DNA of 64,000 nucleotides. It comes from Marsupella aquatica. Taxonomy: Eukaryota > Plantae > Marchantiophyta. The notes beneath the pieces were generated by a model. The model was given only the letters and a program-made list of their open reading frames with translations. It ran no database searches and had not been told where the DNA came from. Position numbers and translations under genes: made by a program. Where the stretch lies: positions 7,650,234-7,714,233 of the forward strand of contig OZ316894.1 in assembly GCA_973895155.1 (NCBI GenBank), read 5' to 3'. The stretch's first letter is position 1; each line of letters starts with the position of its first letter. Positions 37,076 through 50,618 of this stretch are shown here, one piece after another.

Positions 37076-40000
37076 ATGCCTGCCTCGTCAGTACAACGTC
37101 GAGATGTAGCTGTAGCAGTGGTGGCTGCAGCGGTTGGTGGGAGTGTTGTTGCCGGTGCTTTTGCGGCAGCCTCTGTTCTCAGACACTCTCAATCAAATGG
37201 TTGTTCCAGCGATCCAATTACCCGTGACAATGCTGAAAGTAACGTCATTGTTGCGTGGGTCAGACAGCTTTTTGGACGGGTCTCGACAGTGCAGGTTAGT
37301 CCCGTTCTGGTTTCGCCTTCAAGTTTTGCAAAAACGATTAGACTGTGAATCACTTCATGTGTAAGGCAATTTGATCCCCAATCTCTAGTGTTGAAACTCG
37401 TCCATTGAGTTTCCTTGGCAAATTCATGCTGGAGTTTAATGCTATGCGGTTGCTATTTCTTGATTTAAAACCTGCAAGGTTTTGTGATATGGTATCCAAT
37501 TTCTTTGACTGGGTGTGGGTCTGGACCCTTGAAGGTTCTCGAACTTCTCTTTTTAATTTTGTTGTTATTTTCCCATCTTCTGAGCATGGAACAAACCAAC
37601 CTGGGTTTTCATTTAAGTTTGAACTATTCTCCCTCCCCCATCAAAACGGCTTTTGACAGAGATTAATTTGAGGTTTAGGGTTTAAGGTTTGGCGCGCTAG
37701 ACCCTACACTTTAAAACCCTGAACTATCCAATGGGTGCTAAGACTGAAAGAATCCTTGTGATTGTGATGAAGTTTTCCAATCTGAATTCACGTTCTATCC
37801 TTGAAGAGTGAGGAAAGCCATACATCAGGATTGTGGAGCCCTCACTGACTTCTCAGGAACAGAGCTACACAGCAGCAAGCATTGAGAAAATTGGCGGCAC
37901 ACCCAATGGTAGGCATTGCAATGGGTCGGGCAAGGCTGATCCCTTCAATCCGTCCAAGCGGAAAGGGTGGGTTTCTCTCTTCTGAGCCGACGACAACTGT
38001 TTTTTCTTCGGTGTGTTTGGAACGCTTGCTTAGGCAAAGATGTAGTGTGTAGGCAAGCTGTTAAACTTCTTTCTAACCTTGTGACTTGAAGATTCATGGC
38101 GGGTTCTCGGCTACTCATCTTGATAAACAAAACTGCCAGGCTTCAGTGATATAGGAAACTGTCAGGCTTCTATTTCCTACACCATCCTTGGGTTTACTAA
38201 AGAGGGAGACGATTGCAGTGAGTCACAGTTACTTTCTTTCTATACTTCTCTCATGATTACAGATTTTTGGAGCTGCTGATCACCAGAGATCCATCCGTCT
38301 GAAAGCATTCGTTGCAGATAATGAGGCGATGCTACTTGTGGATTTCGCAGGTACTTGTCATGGAATGATTATTTTATGGCAATTGCATTCCTCTCAGCAC
38401 AACGTTCCAAGGATCCCAACCGCCAGGTACGCAATTTCCGTAGTCTTTCCGGCTGCGGTCGTTCCAGCTGCTAGGATAAGGAAGAACAATCAGTTGAAGT
38501 TTTCTGCGAGCTCCGAGTCCTGTCATCTCGGGTTTTGGTGCTGATACATATCGCAAAAAATAACACAGTGAGCTGAATTGTTTCGGTGGCATCATCATTC
38601 TTTGAGATACGATATGGCTTTCGTTTCGGCTAGTCATATAGTAGCAGGTGGCTCTTTTTCCAGGTTGGAGCATGTTTAGTCAGCCAAGATCAAGTTATTC
38701 TCGGTAAGTATCCACTTTATCTTCATATATGAGTATTACCTACCAATGGTCATATCAGCTGCCATCAAAGAATATGGTGTTGCATATGGTTGTATGATCT
38801 GGAGTGATTTAAGTGGGTACATTTAAGAAACTGCTAAGTTGTCCTTACACGGAAGTTTCCACCGTTTGGCAGGAATTGGATATAATGGCTTCCCAAGAGG
38901 ATGCTCTGATGATGAACTCCCATGGGCTAAGGTTGGCTTTCTGTAGATTACATTATATCTGCAATAGTGAGGGATATGTCGAGCCGTCTCGGGGATGAAA
39001 TGCAATCAGTCTAACCTGAGTTCAGTAAATCTCAGGGGGTCTGGATAATGAGAGGCATTTATTACGGTTGATTTCTCTTTGCTGGTTCTGATAGCTTTGA
39101 AAATTACTCCGGTGCAGATGTCAGTGGATGGAGACCCTTTGAAGACAAAATATCCGTGTGTACAACAATACTTGAATCCTTTGTTGCATTTTCTCCGTGT
39201 ATTCAGGATTTTGTCTTTGTATTTAGGGACGTTGGCATCATATGAGAATTACTTTAGCATAACTTTCATTTAACCTCAATTCTTATCAATGGTTTAGGGT
39301 TCTGGCCCCAAGTCTGTGATTTCTGCTGTTATGCATGTGGTGCTAACCAAAATATTTGATTCCTTAATATGGCTCTTAAAATGAGCAGTCCTCAAAGATT
39401 CCAGTTTCGTCAATATTGAACTCGTCTCTGCAAATCTTGGTCTTATTTGTGATTCTTTTGCACTTCTCATTCATAAATTTGGTAGCAAGGTAATATCTGT
39501 GCACAGCCTGGTCCTGTTTGTTAATTAGTTTTGTTCGCAGATATGTTTGCCACGCAGAGGTCAATGCCATCATGAACAAGAACCATGCTTCAGCGGCTGG
39601 TCAGGTGCATGAATCGACTATTTCAACGCATATATTTTCCTATCTCATGTACATACACCATTTCGTGTTATCAGACAATTCCCTCATCGTCGAGAAGGAA
39701 TTAAGCTACAAAATCCTAATGTATCGAACTCCTCTGTGCTCTGCAGCGCCTCTATGTCACAATGTTTCCCTGCAATGAATGTGCAAAAGTAATCATTCAG
39801 GTGAGGAAACGTCTGGACTGAGTTCTACAGGAATACTATTTTTTTGAAAAGTATCAGTTTCTACTTTTCTAGTGAATACATTTCACCCTATAGAACTGAA
39901 ATTGAAGTCCATTTTCTGCAGGCTCGAATTGCAGAAGTAATCTATTTTACTGAGAAAGGCCAAACCCAAAGCAAAACTGGGCAAGAGTCCTCCTTCGTTG

Positions 40001-40240
40001 CATCTCGAAGACTGCTTGCAATGGCTGGTGTGAAGGTAGAGTTCATCTTCTTTCAAGTTTATACTAACAAAGAAGGCCAGTGAAGTTACACTATAACTCT
40101 CCTCAATCCATATATCAACTTTTCCGCTCCTTCAATTTTCCATATGTCGACTTGATTATCTATCTCATTATTTTATCCTCTACTCGCAGGTATGGCAATA
40201 CAAGCCACTACAGGACGGCTTGGTGCTTCAGTACAGATGA
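37076..40240 (+). CDS. DCD: Deoxycytidylate (dCMP) deaminase. Approximate exons 37076-37293, 37857-37966, 38351-38426, 38664-38703, 38873-38931, 39118-39155, 39541-39604, 39747-39800, 39922-40035, 40190-40240
   Basis: [88 protein letters not shown] (HAE and PCxxC zinc motifs); hydrophobic N-terminal extension. Confidence 0.95.
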
Positions 40241-40949
40241 CCTTAGAGATCCTCTAGGCAGATGTAGGTATCGTCCAGATCAAATGTGCATATATCAGAC
40301 AGAGAAACTTAGTGAAGAACACTAGAATTGTGTTCAATCATCACAAACCTAGTCAGTAGGAATTTTTGATATGGACATTACCCCAAATTTTCGAAGTCGC
40401 ATTGCTGACAAGTAGGAAGGTTCTATGAACAGCCAAAAGTTGTCATGCACTCATCACAAAGTCAATACACACTATTTGCAACGATTTACGTATTTCGTCC
40501 TGGCACTCTCAATCCACAGCCTATTTTTCTAATGGCAATGTCTCCAAGTATCACTGTTTTTGCGGAAGAGACCATTGGAAGCTGCATGTGGTGAGTAAGC
40601 CTAATGTACCTCCCTGGGATATCTGCCTTATCAGGGAAGGAGAAGAGTTGTGTTGCCAATGTCTTACAATCATATAGCCAGCTCAGGCATGGTGCTCTGA
40701 GGGATATAAGATCCTGAAAATGTCGCTTGTGTACACTGTTGCCCAGGTTCTCATTGATTTCCTCTGGACTTGTTTTCTTAGGTGTTTGTGGTACTTTGTG
40801 GTACTTGTTGACCCCCTTTCAGTAAGTTTGTCCTAGTTTATCCAGAGTTGCATTAAAATCATCGCCGTGTCGTGAGTGAATAGACGATTATCTTTGTCCT
40901 GGCAATCCAAAAAATCCAAGCTGCTCTGCTCAAGAGTATGGTACGGCTC

Positions 40950-41300
40950 TCACCATCAATCTTCAACCCTTGACCATGGGTAAGTTAAACTCTCAACTGT
41001 TCCGCAACCTTCAACCCCCTTGACCACTGTGAGTCAAACTCTCAACCGTCAACCCCTTCAAGCCTTGACCATGGCAACATTCAACCCTTGACCTTGGGTG
41101 AGTCAAATTCTCAACTGTCTGGCAACCGTTAACCCTTGACCACGGGTGAATCAAACTCTCAACCCTCCACCGACTCTCAACCGTGCCGTGTCAACCTTCA
41201 ACCCTTGACCATGAGCGATTCAAACTCTAAACCCCAGACTAAACCCTCAACTCTGCACCATCAACGGTCAACCCCCACACCTTAAACCCTTTACCACATG
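40950..41300. repeat. Degenerate minisatellite built on caacccttgaccatgggtgagtcaaactctcaac
   Basis: About six diverged copies, C/A-rich. Confidence 0.8.
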
Positions 41301-43399
41301 GGACAAACACTCCTGGATCCCCACTAAAATGTCTGAAAACCCTGAGATTCCATGGAAAATATTAGAAGTGAAGAGAATACACATGATGAAATCTTAATTC
41401 ATTTTGATTAAGTACAGAAGTTAGTACTTGTGCAAGTGGAGTAATTAGCTAGAAATAATATATTTATCTTTGTAAGACATGATGCCATTGAAAAAATGTA
41501 CAATTATCCATGACTAAAACTGACTATCCATCTCATTTTGTGGCATACCAAATAATTAATATTTTGCCAAGGTCCTCCACAGACCGGGATTTCAATATGG
41601 TACATAAATTCGGAAATACGATACTCTATAGTATGGAATAGAGGCATGTTTGAGCACTTACTTCTGAATGCCCTGCAGAGGAGAATCGGCCCCATAGTCT
41701 TTTGGGTCTACCCAAGAGCGAAAAGTGAGGCAAGGAGAGGTCCGGGCAGAGGTCTTTAATTTTCCGGTCTCAGGGCAAGAGGTGTGTGCAAGAAGAAAGA
41801 GCAAAAGACATGCACATGTCTCTGGTTTTCACTCTAGGGGGCATGAGGTGCCTGTCCAGGAAAGAGCAACAGATGGGCAGAGGCAGGGGCATGCATGAAT
41901 TTGCTTTGTGAGGTAATAGATTTGACATAAAAAAACATGCTGGCAAATCTTGAGATTCAACAAAGATGCAAAAGTTTTCCAAATAAATGCACAAGTTTGC
42001 CTAAAAGCAACACTTTGCACTTGATAAGGGTGTCTGGAAAAACTACCTAAGGTGTTTTCAGCAAAAGTGAAACGTCCTTCCAAAACCAGTCAATTATGTT
42101 TTGGGGGGTAAATTGGCTGATGACATTACCCCTCGTCCATCCTAACTTAATATTCACATGTGAGTTACTCCCTAAAATATGTGGTAAACTAAAATATATA
42201 TATACTCCATCCATATAAATATATTTCAAAAGAACTATTTCAACAGAACTAGAAAGCAAAGTCCAGATGGACCGTGAGGTTGTCCAACACAACCCCCATG
42301 GACTGAGGGAGTTGACAGTGTAAAGGGAATGCAAGAAAACTCTAGTACAGTCCCAGCCAGGATGCGATTGATTTGATGTGGATGGAAACACCAGATTTAT
42401 TAGGTTGTCAATCAACAAGAAATTCATCAAAACGTTTGCATGGAAATGAAAATCAAAAACTTTGAAAACTTGCAGCTGTTGACGTCTGCATTGGTTCTGG
42501 TTCATAACCTCCTGGCCTGTTATCAAAATCAAATGATTATTGTTGTTGGAAAGCTGACTCGATTCCACTTTCAACAAGCTCAGGCAGGTTGCCTAAAGTT
42601 GAGTATTCAAAGAGAAATGTCAATAGCAATTTGATGACAAGAGACTGGATATGTAAATTCTTGATGTTAAGCCGTCAACGTCCCTTTTGATCAAGAGATT
42701 TGATTCAATTCCTTTACCTGAGTTCCATTCTTTCTGATTTCAATGCATAAGGATAGTGGCTACCTAAGGTTGCGCAACAGAGTTCCTTTAGGAGACATTG
42801 CTGAATTGTTTTCTCAACATAATTCAGAGAGTGACACCCAATTTCTGCCAGGAGAAGAGATCTAGATGGAGCCAGAAGCTTCACCTTTAGCCAAAAGCAT
42901 TTGACCTTCAATTCCAACCAAAAAGCATTCAGTTTACAATTCCAAGCAAAGTTGATGCATTCTGTCATTTCTGAGTATTTCTTGAAGAGAAAGGATGGTT
43001 AATGATCAGCAATGGCAGCAAAAAAACCTAGCAAACCATGGAGCAGTTTCAGTCAACTATGGAAACTAAAATGAACATCCCAGCACCTTACTGTTGTGGA
43101 TATACTACTGTTGTGGATATACTACGGGCTATTCTGAACGTGAAACTAGCTGTGGCCGGTGCAGGCAGTTGTACAGGTCACTTGTGGACAGAAATGTAAT
43201 GGGTGTTATCAGAGAAAGGTAGCAGGTTTCAGTGCAGTCCATGGGGTTGTGCTTGACCAGGGGAGCATTTTGTTGAATGTCCGGGTCTATCCCAAGTTTA
43301 CTTTTGCAGAACTACAATATGCAGCAGAGTTCTACCAGGCTCTTCAGTTTGCCATAGGGCAGGGTTTTAGGTTTACTTTTGTCTCTTCCTTGTCGGTGT

Positions 43400-43570
43400 T
43401 GCTTTTTGGGCCTTCGCCTTGGTTGTTGTCCCTTGATTGGGTTTTTGGGGTGGCTTTTTGGGCCTTCAGCTTGGTTGTTGTCCCTTGATTGAGTTTTTGG
43501 GGTTGCTTTGGGGTTGCTTTTTGGGCCTTCAGCTTGGTTGTTGTCCCTTGCTTGGGTCTTTGGCCTTTGG
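43400..43570. repeat. ~52-60-bp tandem repeat (3 copies)
   Basis: gctttttgggccttcagcttggttgttgtcccttg repeated. Confidence 0.85.
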
Positions 43571-44815
43571 GAAGTTTGCTATATACATATTATTTTATTT
43601 TGGCACTCTAGAACAGTCTCCTTCCACGTAGGGCCATCGATCCGTGCCATACGATGGACGCCCTATGCTCACTCGCTCTGCCTAGCCACAGTTTGCCACG
43701 TTGTTAAATAGCAGTCAGAAGTTTGTGTGTCGCTCTGGATAGTTCGAACAGGAGCCTCAAGCTTTTTCCATCACCGATCCACAACGGATCGCATCCCGTC
43801 CGTCGGGACCCGGCCGGCCAACTGCGACGGTCCATTGCTTCAGTGTCGAGGCTCTGTGGGCTTCAACCGTCATCAGCTCGTAGGTGACCCTGTTTCCGAC
43901 GGGAAGCTACCGGTAAACAGACACGAACGCCGTCGATAGGACTGGATCGTAAGGCCGGACGGTACAGTTCGTCCCCTTCACAATTCCGGAGCCGGAATCT
44001 TACGAAGCGATAAGCCTACAGAAACTAATCGTGGCCGTACGTCTTTTATTAAACGGCGGAACTTCCCTTCCCAGAACACCTTCGCAGTTTTCTTATATTG
44101 TGGGGACCCAATGAGCATTTTTTATTGGCAAAAAGTAGCCGAAGCGTTATTGTCGCCCATACCTATGATTTTATTATACAAAGGTATATTTTTACGGGGA
44201 CAGTATTGCCTAATTAATGCGACTAGGCTGATGCATTCCCAACATCCCTGCTCACTCCCTGGCACTCCTGAGCTCCGTGTCCTTGGATGGAAGAAGATCA
44301 CCATCACTCTTGAGGGATGGTTTCATGAGATTGGCACCTCTCCTAGCTCATCCAATGGGCCTACCTCAATCACCCAAGTGACCGGATCCGACCCTGATGC
44401 AAGAGAGATCACTAGCACTTCCAATGGTTATTCATCTGAGTGACTGGCTCTGTTCCCGGATGCAAGAGGACCACCACAATTCTCAGAGACGATAGGGTTG
44501 GTTCCATAGGTTGTAATCCTTTCCTGTGATTTCTTCTTTGTATCTCTCCGGATGGTTATTTTGATCCCCTAGCTAGCTAGTCTAGAGAGTTATCCAAATC
44601 TTGATAAAACTTTAAGATCAAAAATAAAGAAAAACTACACTCAATGAATAGGCTTGTTTATTCTTGGGCCTTGGCTACAATCCCCTCAGGCTCATAGTCC
44701 TTGATTACTTAAAAGGTAATGTTTGTTTGGGTACAAAGTTTAGGCTGAGGCCAGAAGCTATTCTCAGCATTCTTGGAACAAAAATCAGACTATAACCCTA
44801 GTCCAGATCATGGTT

Positions 44816-44972
44816 ATAGTATGGAAAATAGTTGACAACCATATGTTTTGGGCAAGAGAGTATGAAAATAGCAGGGACCTCCAAGTGCATCCAGTGCTTA
44901 CATACAGTATGGAAAAAACATTGACAATCATATGTTTTGGGGCACAAGATGATGGAAATAATAGGGACCTCC
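44816..44972. repeat. ~88-bp diverged tandem duplication
   Basis: agtatggaaaa...ttgacaa.catatgttttggg...agggacctcca twice. Confidence 0.7.
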
Positions 44973-45710
44973 ACAAATGATTACACTCGGTAACCTCAGT
45001 ACCCAATTTACATCCCATAATCCAATATGACAAAACATTCAGTAAGACAAAACAGGCATGTACTAGGATGAACATACTATTCCCCTACACCACACACCTC
45101 CTAATAAGCTCATCCAAGGCTAACCTCTCCCGCCCCCCTCAATTCACCGGGATGACGGGACCCGTGCGCCACTCTGCCCGGTCATGCAGGTGGCCGTCGC
45201 AGTCCGCGCAGGCACCGTCACCGGTACGCCGTCGATTGCCCGTCCACGCGGGAGGAGAGGATCAATCCAAAGAGAGGGCCGAGTGGCGTGAGGTGTGGAT
45301 TTGTGGCACACACGAGGAGAGAGTGGGGGGAGATATTACCTTTTCCGAAGTTGGCGTTTCTGAGTCGTTTGTGTGGATTTGCTTCGGGAGAAAGGTGTGG
45401 AGCGAATCGTGCGTGGTTCAATTGGCATCGATCGCTCATCGCTGAGTACTCATCACCATTGGTCGAGATTATCTCTTTCGGGGCATGCTTGCTGCTTCAT
45501 GACGGCAAGCGCTTGAGGAGTTTTGGTACGATTACTGCCGCGGAGTGGCGAATTGAGGCTTCGAACTCTCGTTTATCTTGAAGGCAGGTAGAGGAATACG
45601 AAGGCGACGAGGAGTGGCTTCGCAACACGCGCGTCACTTGCTAGGAGGGACGCTCACTGAAGGGCGTTTGCTTGGAGAACGAGCTCGATTCGTGAGAGCA
45701 GCTGTCCGTT

Positions 45711-48700
45711 ATGGATCCGTATCAGGTTTTCCACTCAGTTCATCCCGTTGGCGTCTGCTCTCCTCTGCTTTCCTTGTTTCTGATCATGTTCTGGTTCGGA
45801 ATTGCTGTCCGAACTGGCCATGCCGAGTTGAGGCGCCGTCCTTTGCAATTGATAGTAGATGTGGTTCGTGGTCGGCGGGGTGTTGAATGAGAAATTTCGG
45901 GCTCGGGCCGGCATCATGTATGGTCCCGGTGGCGGGTTCATCAATTAGGAGTTGCTTTCGGCATTTAGTCAAGTTCTTCCTTGATTCTTAATGTTAGGTG
46001 TTGATTGTGTGGATTGAAGTGAATGGTAACCGATAAGGGAGATCAGTCAACCTGCTGTAGGTCCTTCGTAGCTGCTGTTTGTCGTGCAAGGATGATTGAT
46101 GGTGGACAGTAGGAATGTGACCGAAACAAATCTTCGGCAGCTCAATTTCCCATTGCTTATGTCTGTCTATCCGTTTGTCTGTCTGATTGGAAATTTAGTC
46201 GCCTAGGGTTATAGACGATGTAGCGACTCGAGTTTGAGGTTAGAGCTCGAAGGAGGTTCTAACTCGGTTATGCCCAGTCCAGTTTCCGTAATCTGAGTCT
46301 CCCTATTGGTCTTTCCCCCGCATGTGCTGTCTTCCGTAGGCCACATGGTACGAAGAGCTTCTTCTTCGCTTAGAAATCCATGTGGAGTGACATCGTTCTT
46401 CCTAGTATGCTAGCCTTTGGGATCGATCTTGTCGAGAATTTCTTTGTGGAGACTCGTGGCTGTGAGCGCGATGGTTTCTGGTTGGAATGAGAGATAGCGG
46501 TGTATGCTGAGCCCCGGAAAGCTTATTCCTCATTTTTTCCTAATTGTCCCAAACTTGGTAAAATTATAGCAATAGATAATTTCCTGCCTTGGCTGTGGAC
46601 AAGGCTGGATACGATCCATTTCTGACAGAAGATTTCGATTTAAAGTGCCCTATGTCTGTGTAATGGAGTGTCGGATTTGGATTCTGTATCCTGTCAGTTG
46701 GCCTGAAACAACATTTGGTCTGGCAGCTTGTGGGGTAAATGTCTTTTTCTCGGGTATGATTTAATTGCTACCGAAGGACTAACATCATATGTTGGCTGCC
46801 TGTCGGAGCAGTTCTTGCCGTCCAGCAAGCACAACTCGTCGCACTGGACAACCAATTCGGGCGCACCAGTTTTCAACAACAATTCTTCGCTGACCATCGG
46901 CAACCGTGGTACGTTTGTGCATCCACCACAGCGCAGAGGTTGCTAGAAAGCGATGTCCCACCCAAAGCTAATCTGCAGCCAGATGTTGAAACTTGTTAGA
47001 TACAGTCAGACCCGTCGTTTCTCAGGAGACTGTAATCGGCACAGAAATTTAAGACAGCTGATTGGAGACCTTGATTGGAAATGGGCACGTCTAAGCTCTC
47101 TAAAGTAATCTTACATTTTGGTCCAGTCTGGTGTCATCCAAGGTTTTCTACGGAAAGTTTGCGCGCAGTTGTTTCCAGCTTGCTCTTAATTGTTGCAGTC
47201 TGCAGAAGTTGCACCAAGAAATTAAAAATCTAACGGCATCCGAATTCCACGCTAGAGGAGACCTGAGCTTGCCCCCCCTTAACGTTGATCTCTCTCTTCA
47301 AATAGCACCATTCCAACTAAACACAAGACATTTTGTATTCGAAGAATAAATGAGCGACACTGCTGATCAAGTATTACTTAAATTGAGAGTTCTGATAAAG
47401 TAGTTCAAATAGAATTAAACGACACATGGCCAGCATAATTAATGTTGTAACACTTACTAAGGATCTTCCCTTGGCACAGGTCCCGTGTTGCTGGAGGACT
47501 ACCACTTGTTGGAAAAGCTTGCCCAGTTCGATCGCGAGCGCATCCCCGAGCGTGTCGTGCACGCCCGCGGATTCAGCGCCAAAGGCTACTTCGAAGTTAC
47601 CCATGACATTTCACACCTCACTTGCGCTGATTTCCTCCGAGCACCGTCCGTGAGAACGCCCTTGATTGTGCGATTTTCCACCGTCATCCATGAGAGGGGC
47701 AGTCCGGAGACGCTGAGGGACCCTCGCGGTTTTGCAGTCAAGTTCTACACTCGGGAGGGTAACTTCGACATGGTGGGCAACAACATCCCGATCTTCTTTA
47801 TCCGCGATGGAATGCAGGTCCGCTCTTTTCCTCCCACCCACTTCTAATGAATGTCTACCTTCTCGGTTCTTCGCTTGCTAAAAACTATTGAAAGAACTTC
47901 TGATGGTTCTTCATCTTACCGAGCTTTTATTCCATTTCCGAAAATTTTATCTAAGAATATGTGAATTGTATGCACCAGAAAAGCACTAGTGCGTGAATTA
48001 CTGGGTAGCTACTTCTTAGTTTCCCTGCGTTGTAGCTGTAATTTGACTTTGCGGTCATGGTGTTGTTGGTGGTGGCAGTTCCCGGAAATGGTCCATGCTC
48101 TCAAGCCAAACCCCAAGACTCACCAGCAGGAACCTTGGCGGATATTGGACTTCTTTTCGCATGTGCCGGAGGCTACTCATATGTTCACATGGTTATTCGA
48201 TGACCACGGCATTCCGCAAGACTACAGGCACATGGAAGGGTTTGGGGTCCATACTTTTAAGGTGCGTATTGAAGGTCATTCATCAGTCGAGCCGTTTCTG
48301 GAAAAGTCTACCTGGAAATGATACTTCATGGCACTGTGTCACATTATAGCAAGAAAAAACCTTGTCTTTGTGAACCGTAAAGTTACGTGCTAAAACCTAA
48401 GTGGACAGAGTAAAGCCTAAATGACGGTCGAGGTCGAATTCTGACATTGATTTCTATTCCTGGGATGGTGCAGCTTATCAACAAGGCAGGCAAGGAAACT
48501 TATGTGAAATTTCACTGGGTTCCCACCTGTGGAGTCAAGTATCTGCTCGATGATGAAGCGGTACTTGTCGGTGGTGCAAATCACAGCCACGCCACCAAAG
48601 ACTTGGTGGATGCCATAGCAGCAGGCAACTTCCCTACCTGGATTCTGAAAATACAGACCATGGATCCGGCGGATGAGGAGAAGTACGACTTTGATCCTCT

Positions 48701-50618
48701 GGATGACACCAAACTTTGGCCAGAGGACCTGTTCCCTCTGCAAGTATGTGTTCATATCATAATCTATCAGCTAGAGTTTATCTCAAAATTTGTCAATGTT
48801 TTGCACAGGATAACAGAGTAGCTCAATTGACTTCAATGGAAAGGCTTCTTTTCGAAGCTGAGCCGTAGAACGTGTGTTATAGCAACACTGTCAGGCATCC
48901 TGTCTTCACTCTGTCACAATATAGCATGCTTGTTAACTCTTTCCTTCTGTGGTTTTAACAACTTCCTTTGAATGTGTTCAGCCTATTGGTCAAATGGTGC
49001 TGAACAAGAACATTGACAACGTCTTTGCCGAGAATGAGATGTTGGCATTCGGCCCTGGTGTTATAGTTCCTGGAATCTACTATTCAGAAGACAAGATGAT
49101 GCAGACCAGGATCTTTTCATATTCCGACACACAGAGGCATCGATTGGGACCGAACTATCTGTTGCTCCCGGTTAATGCACCCAAGTGCTCCCATCATAAT
49201 AACCATCATGAGGGATTCATGAACTTCCTGCACCGAGATGAAGAGGTATAGACATGAAGGTGTTGAGGCTGTAGAATACGATTATAGCTGGATCTCGTTT
49301 TCTCTTTTTCTTCTATCCAGTCAATGAAGGAGGGACCATTTTAAACGAATGTCCCTGGATTGTGACAGGTGAATTACTTCCCATCTCGCTTTGATACTGT
49401 TCGACATGCTGCGAAGTACCCCATTGCAAGCAACGTTGTCTCTGGTTCTCGGCAAAAGGTTAATCCATCACGCACTTGTTTTCTACTGTTGTCACTAGTG
49501 ATAATAATGGCAGATTTATTACCGGACCGTAATGCTGAGAAAGAGATCCCTCTCTGAGTAGAATGTAACATGGACAAAGAGTGTTTAGTTGTGGCGCTTG
49601 TTCTCATGTCTGCTTACGGGGTTTGCTACGGCAGCCAAGTCTCTAGCTGGATATCGTGTATGTATTCATTTTTTACTCCATAGCATAGGATGCTTCAAGT
49701 TATAGTGTGATGTAGACAAATGTTTTCTCGTTTCCTGCTTAGCGATATGTTCAATTTTGCAGGCAATGATAACCAAGGAGAACAACTTCAAACAGCCTGG
49801 CGAAAGATTCCGATCATTTGATCCAGCAAGGTAGAGAACTTTCCGGAAGGGAATCGTATCTCAGTTGTGATGGTCAAGACACCCGGAAGTCTTCTTGTTT
49901 TATCCTTTTCTCTTTTGCGTCCAATCCTACTCTCGTTGGAGTGTACTGAGCATGAATTTGTGATGCAGGCAAGAGAGGTTTGTGGGACGCATCGCTGAGA
50001 TGCTGGCTGACCCAAGGGTGACTGATCAAGTCCGAGCAACATGGCTGTCTTACTGGGTTCAGGTATATTAAGTCCCCTATTGTTCCGATCAAGAAAATTT
50101 TCCTCGCTCTTGTTTCTGGTTGTTATTAAACGTTTACACATGCGAAGAATTTGATTTAGCACAGATGACTACCAAGAGCAGAGTCAGACGTAGTCTATCG
50201 TTCCTGTGGTATTCACGAGGTAGAAGCTTACTGAGGGAGATACCAATATTTCAAGTGGAACAACCCAAGAGGGAACGTTAAGGGCTGACAGTTTGCTCTC
50301 CTACATATGAGACACGTTGAGAACATATGACCAAAATCCCTCATGGCCCTGTTATTTAGAAGACGCCCTCAATTGGGATATTGGGTGGTTGGGATCTTCG
50401 GATGGATTAGTAAACGCGCTGGAGAACGAGAGTCAAATGTTTTTTTTAACCAGATTAGCTGGAGATATCCCTGAATTTAAGTGATATCGAGGGTGTAATA
50501 TGGACTGTTCACTAATAACCTCCGGCACTTTGGTTCTCAGGTTGATGCAGGGCTGGCACAACGACTTGCAACAAAGCTGAACATGTCAGGAGTCCCAAAG
50601 CTCAAGTCCGAGTTGTAG
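45711..50618 (+). CDS. CAT: Catalase. Exons 45711-45725, 46812-46908, 47480-47817, 48079-48261, 48474-48743, 48982-49245, 49369-49458, 49763-49830, 49969-50062, 50541-50618
   Basis: MDPYQ mini first exon; [15 protein letters not shown] (active-site His), [41 protein letters not shown] (heme-ligand Tyr); all phases consistent. Confidence 0.97.

Noticed and set aside
37670-37720. Telomere-like tttaggg units
   Set aside because: Only a few degenerate units in an intron; not an interstitial telomeric array
41470-42700. Possible Ulp1-like or other TE coding remnant
   Set aside because: Short interrupted ORFs with no diagnostic motif I can support
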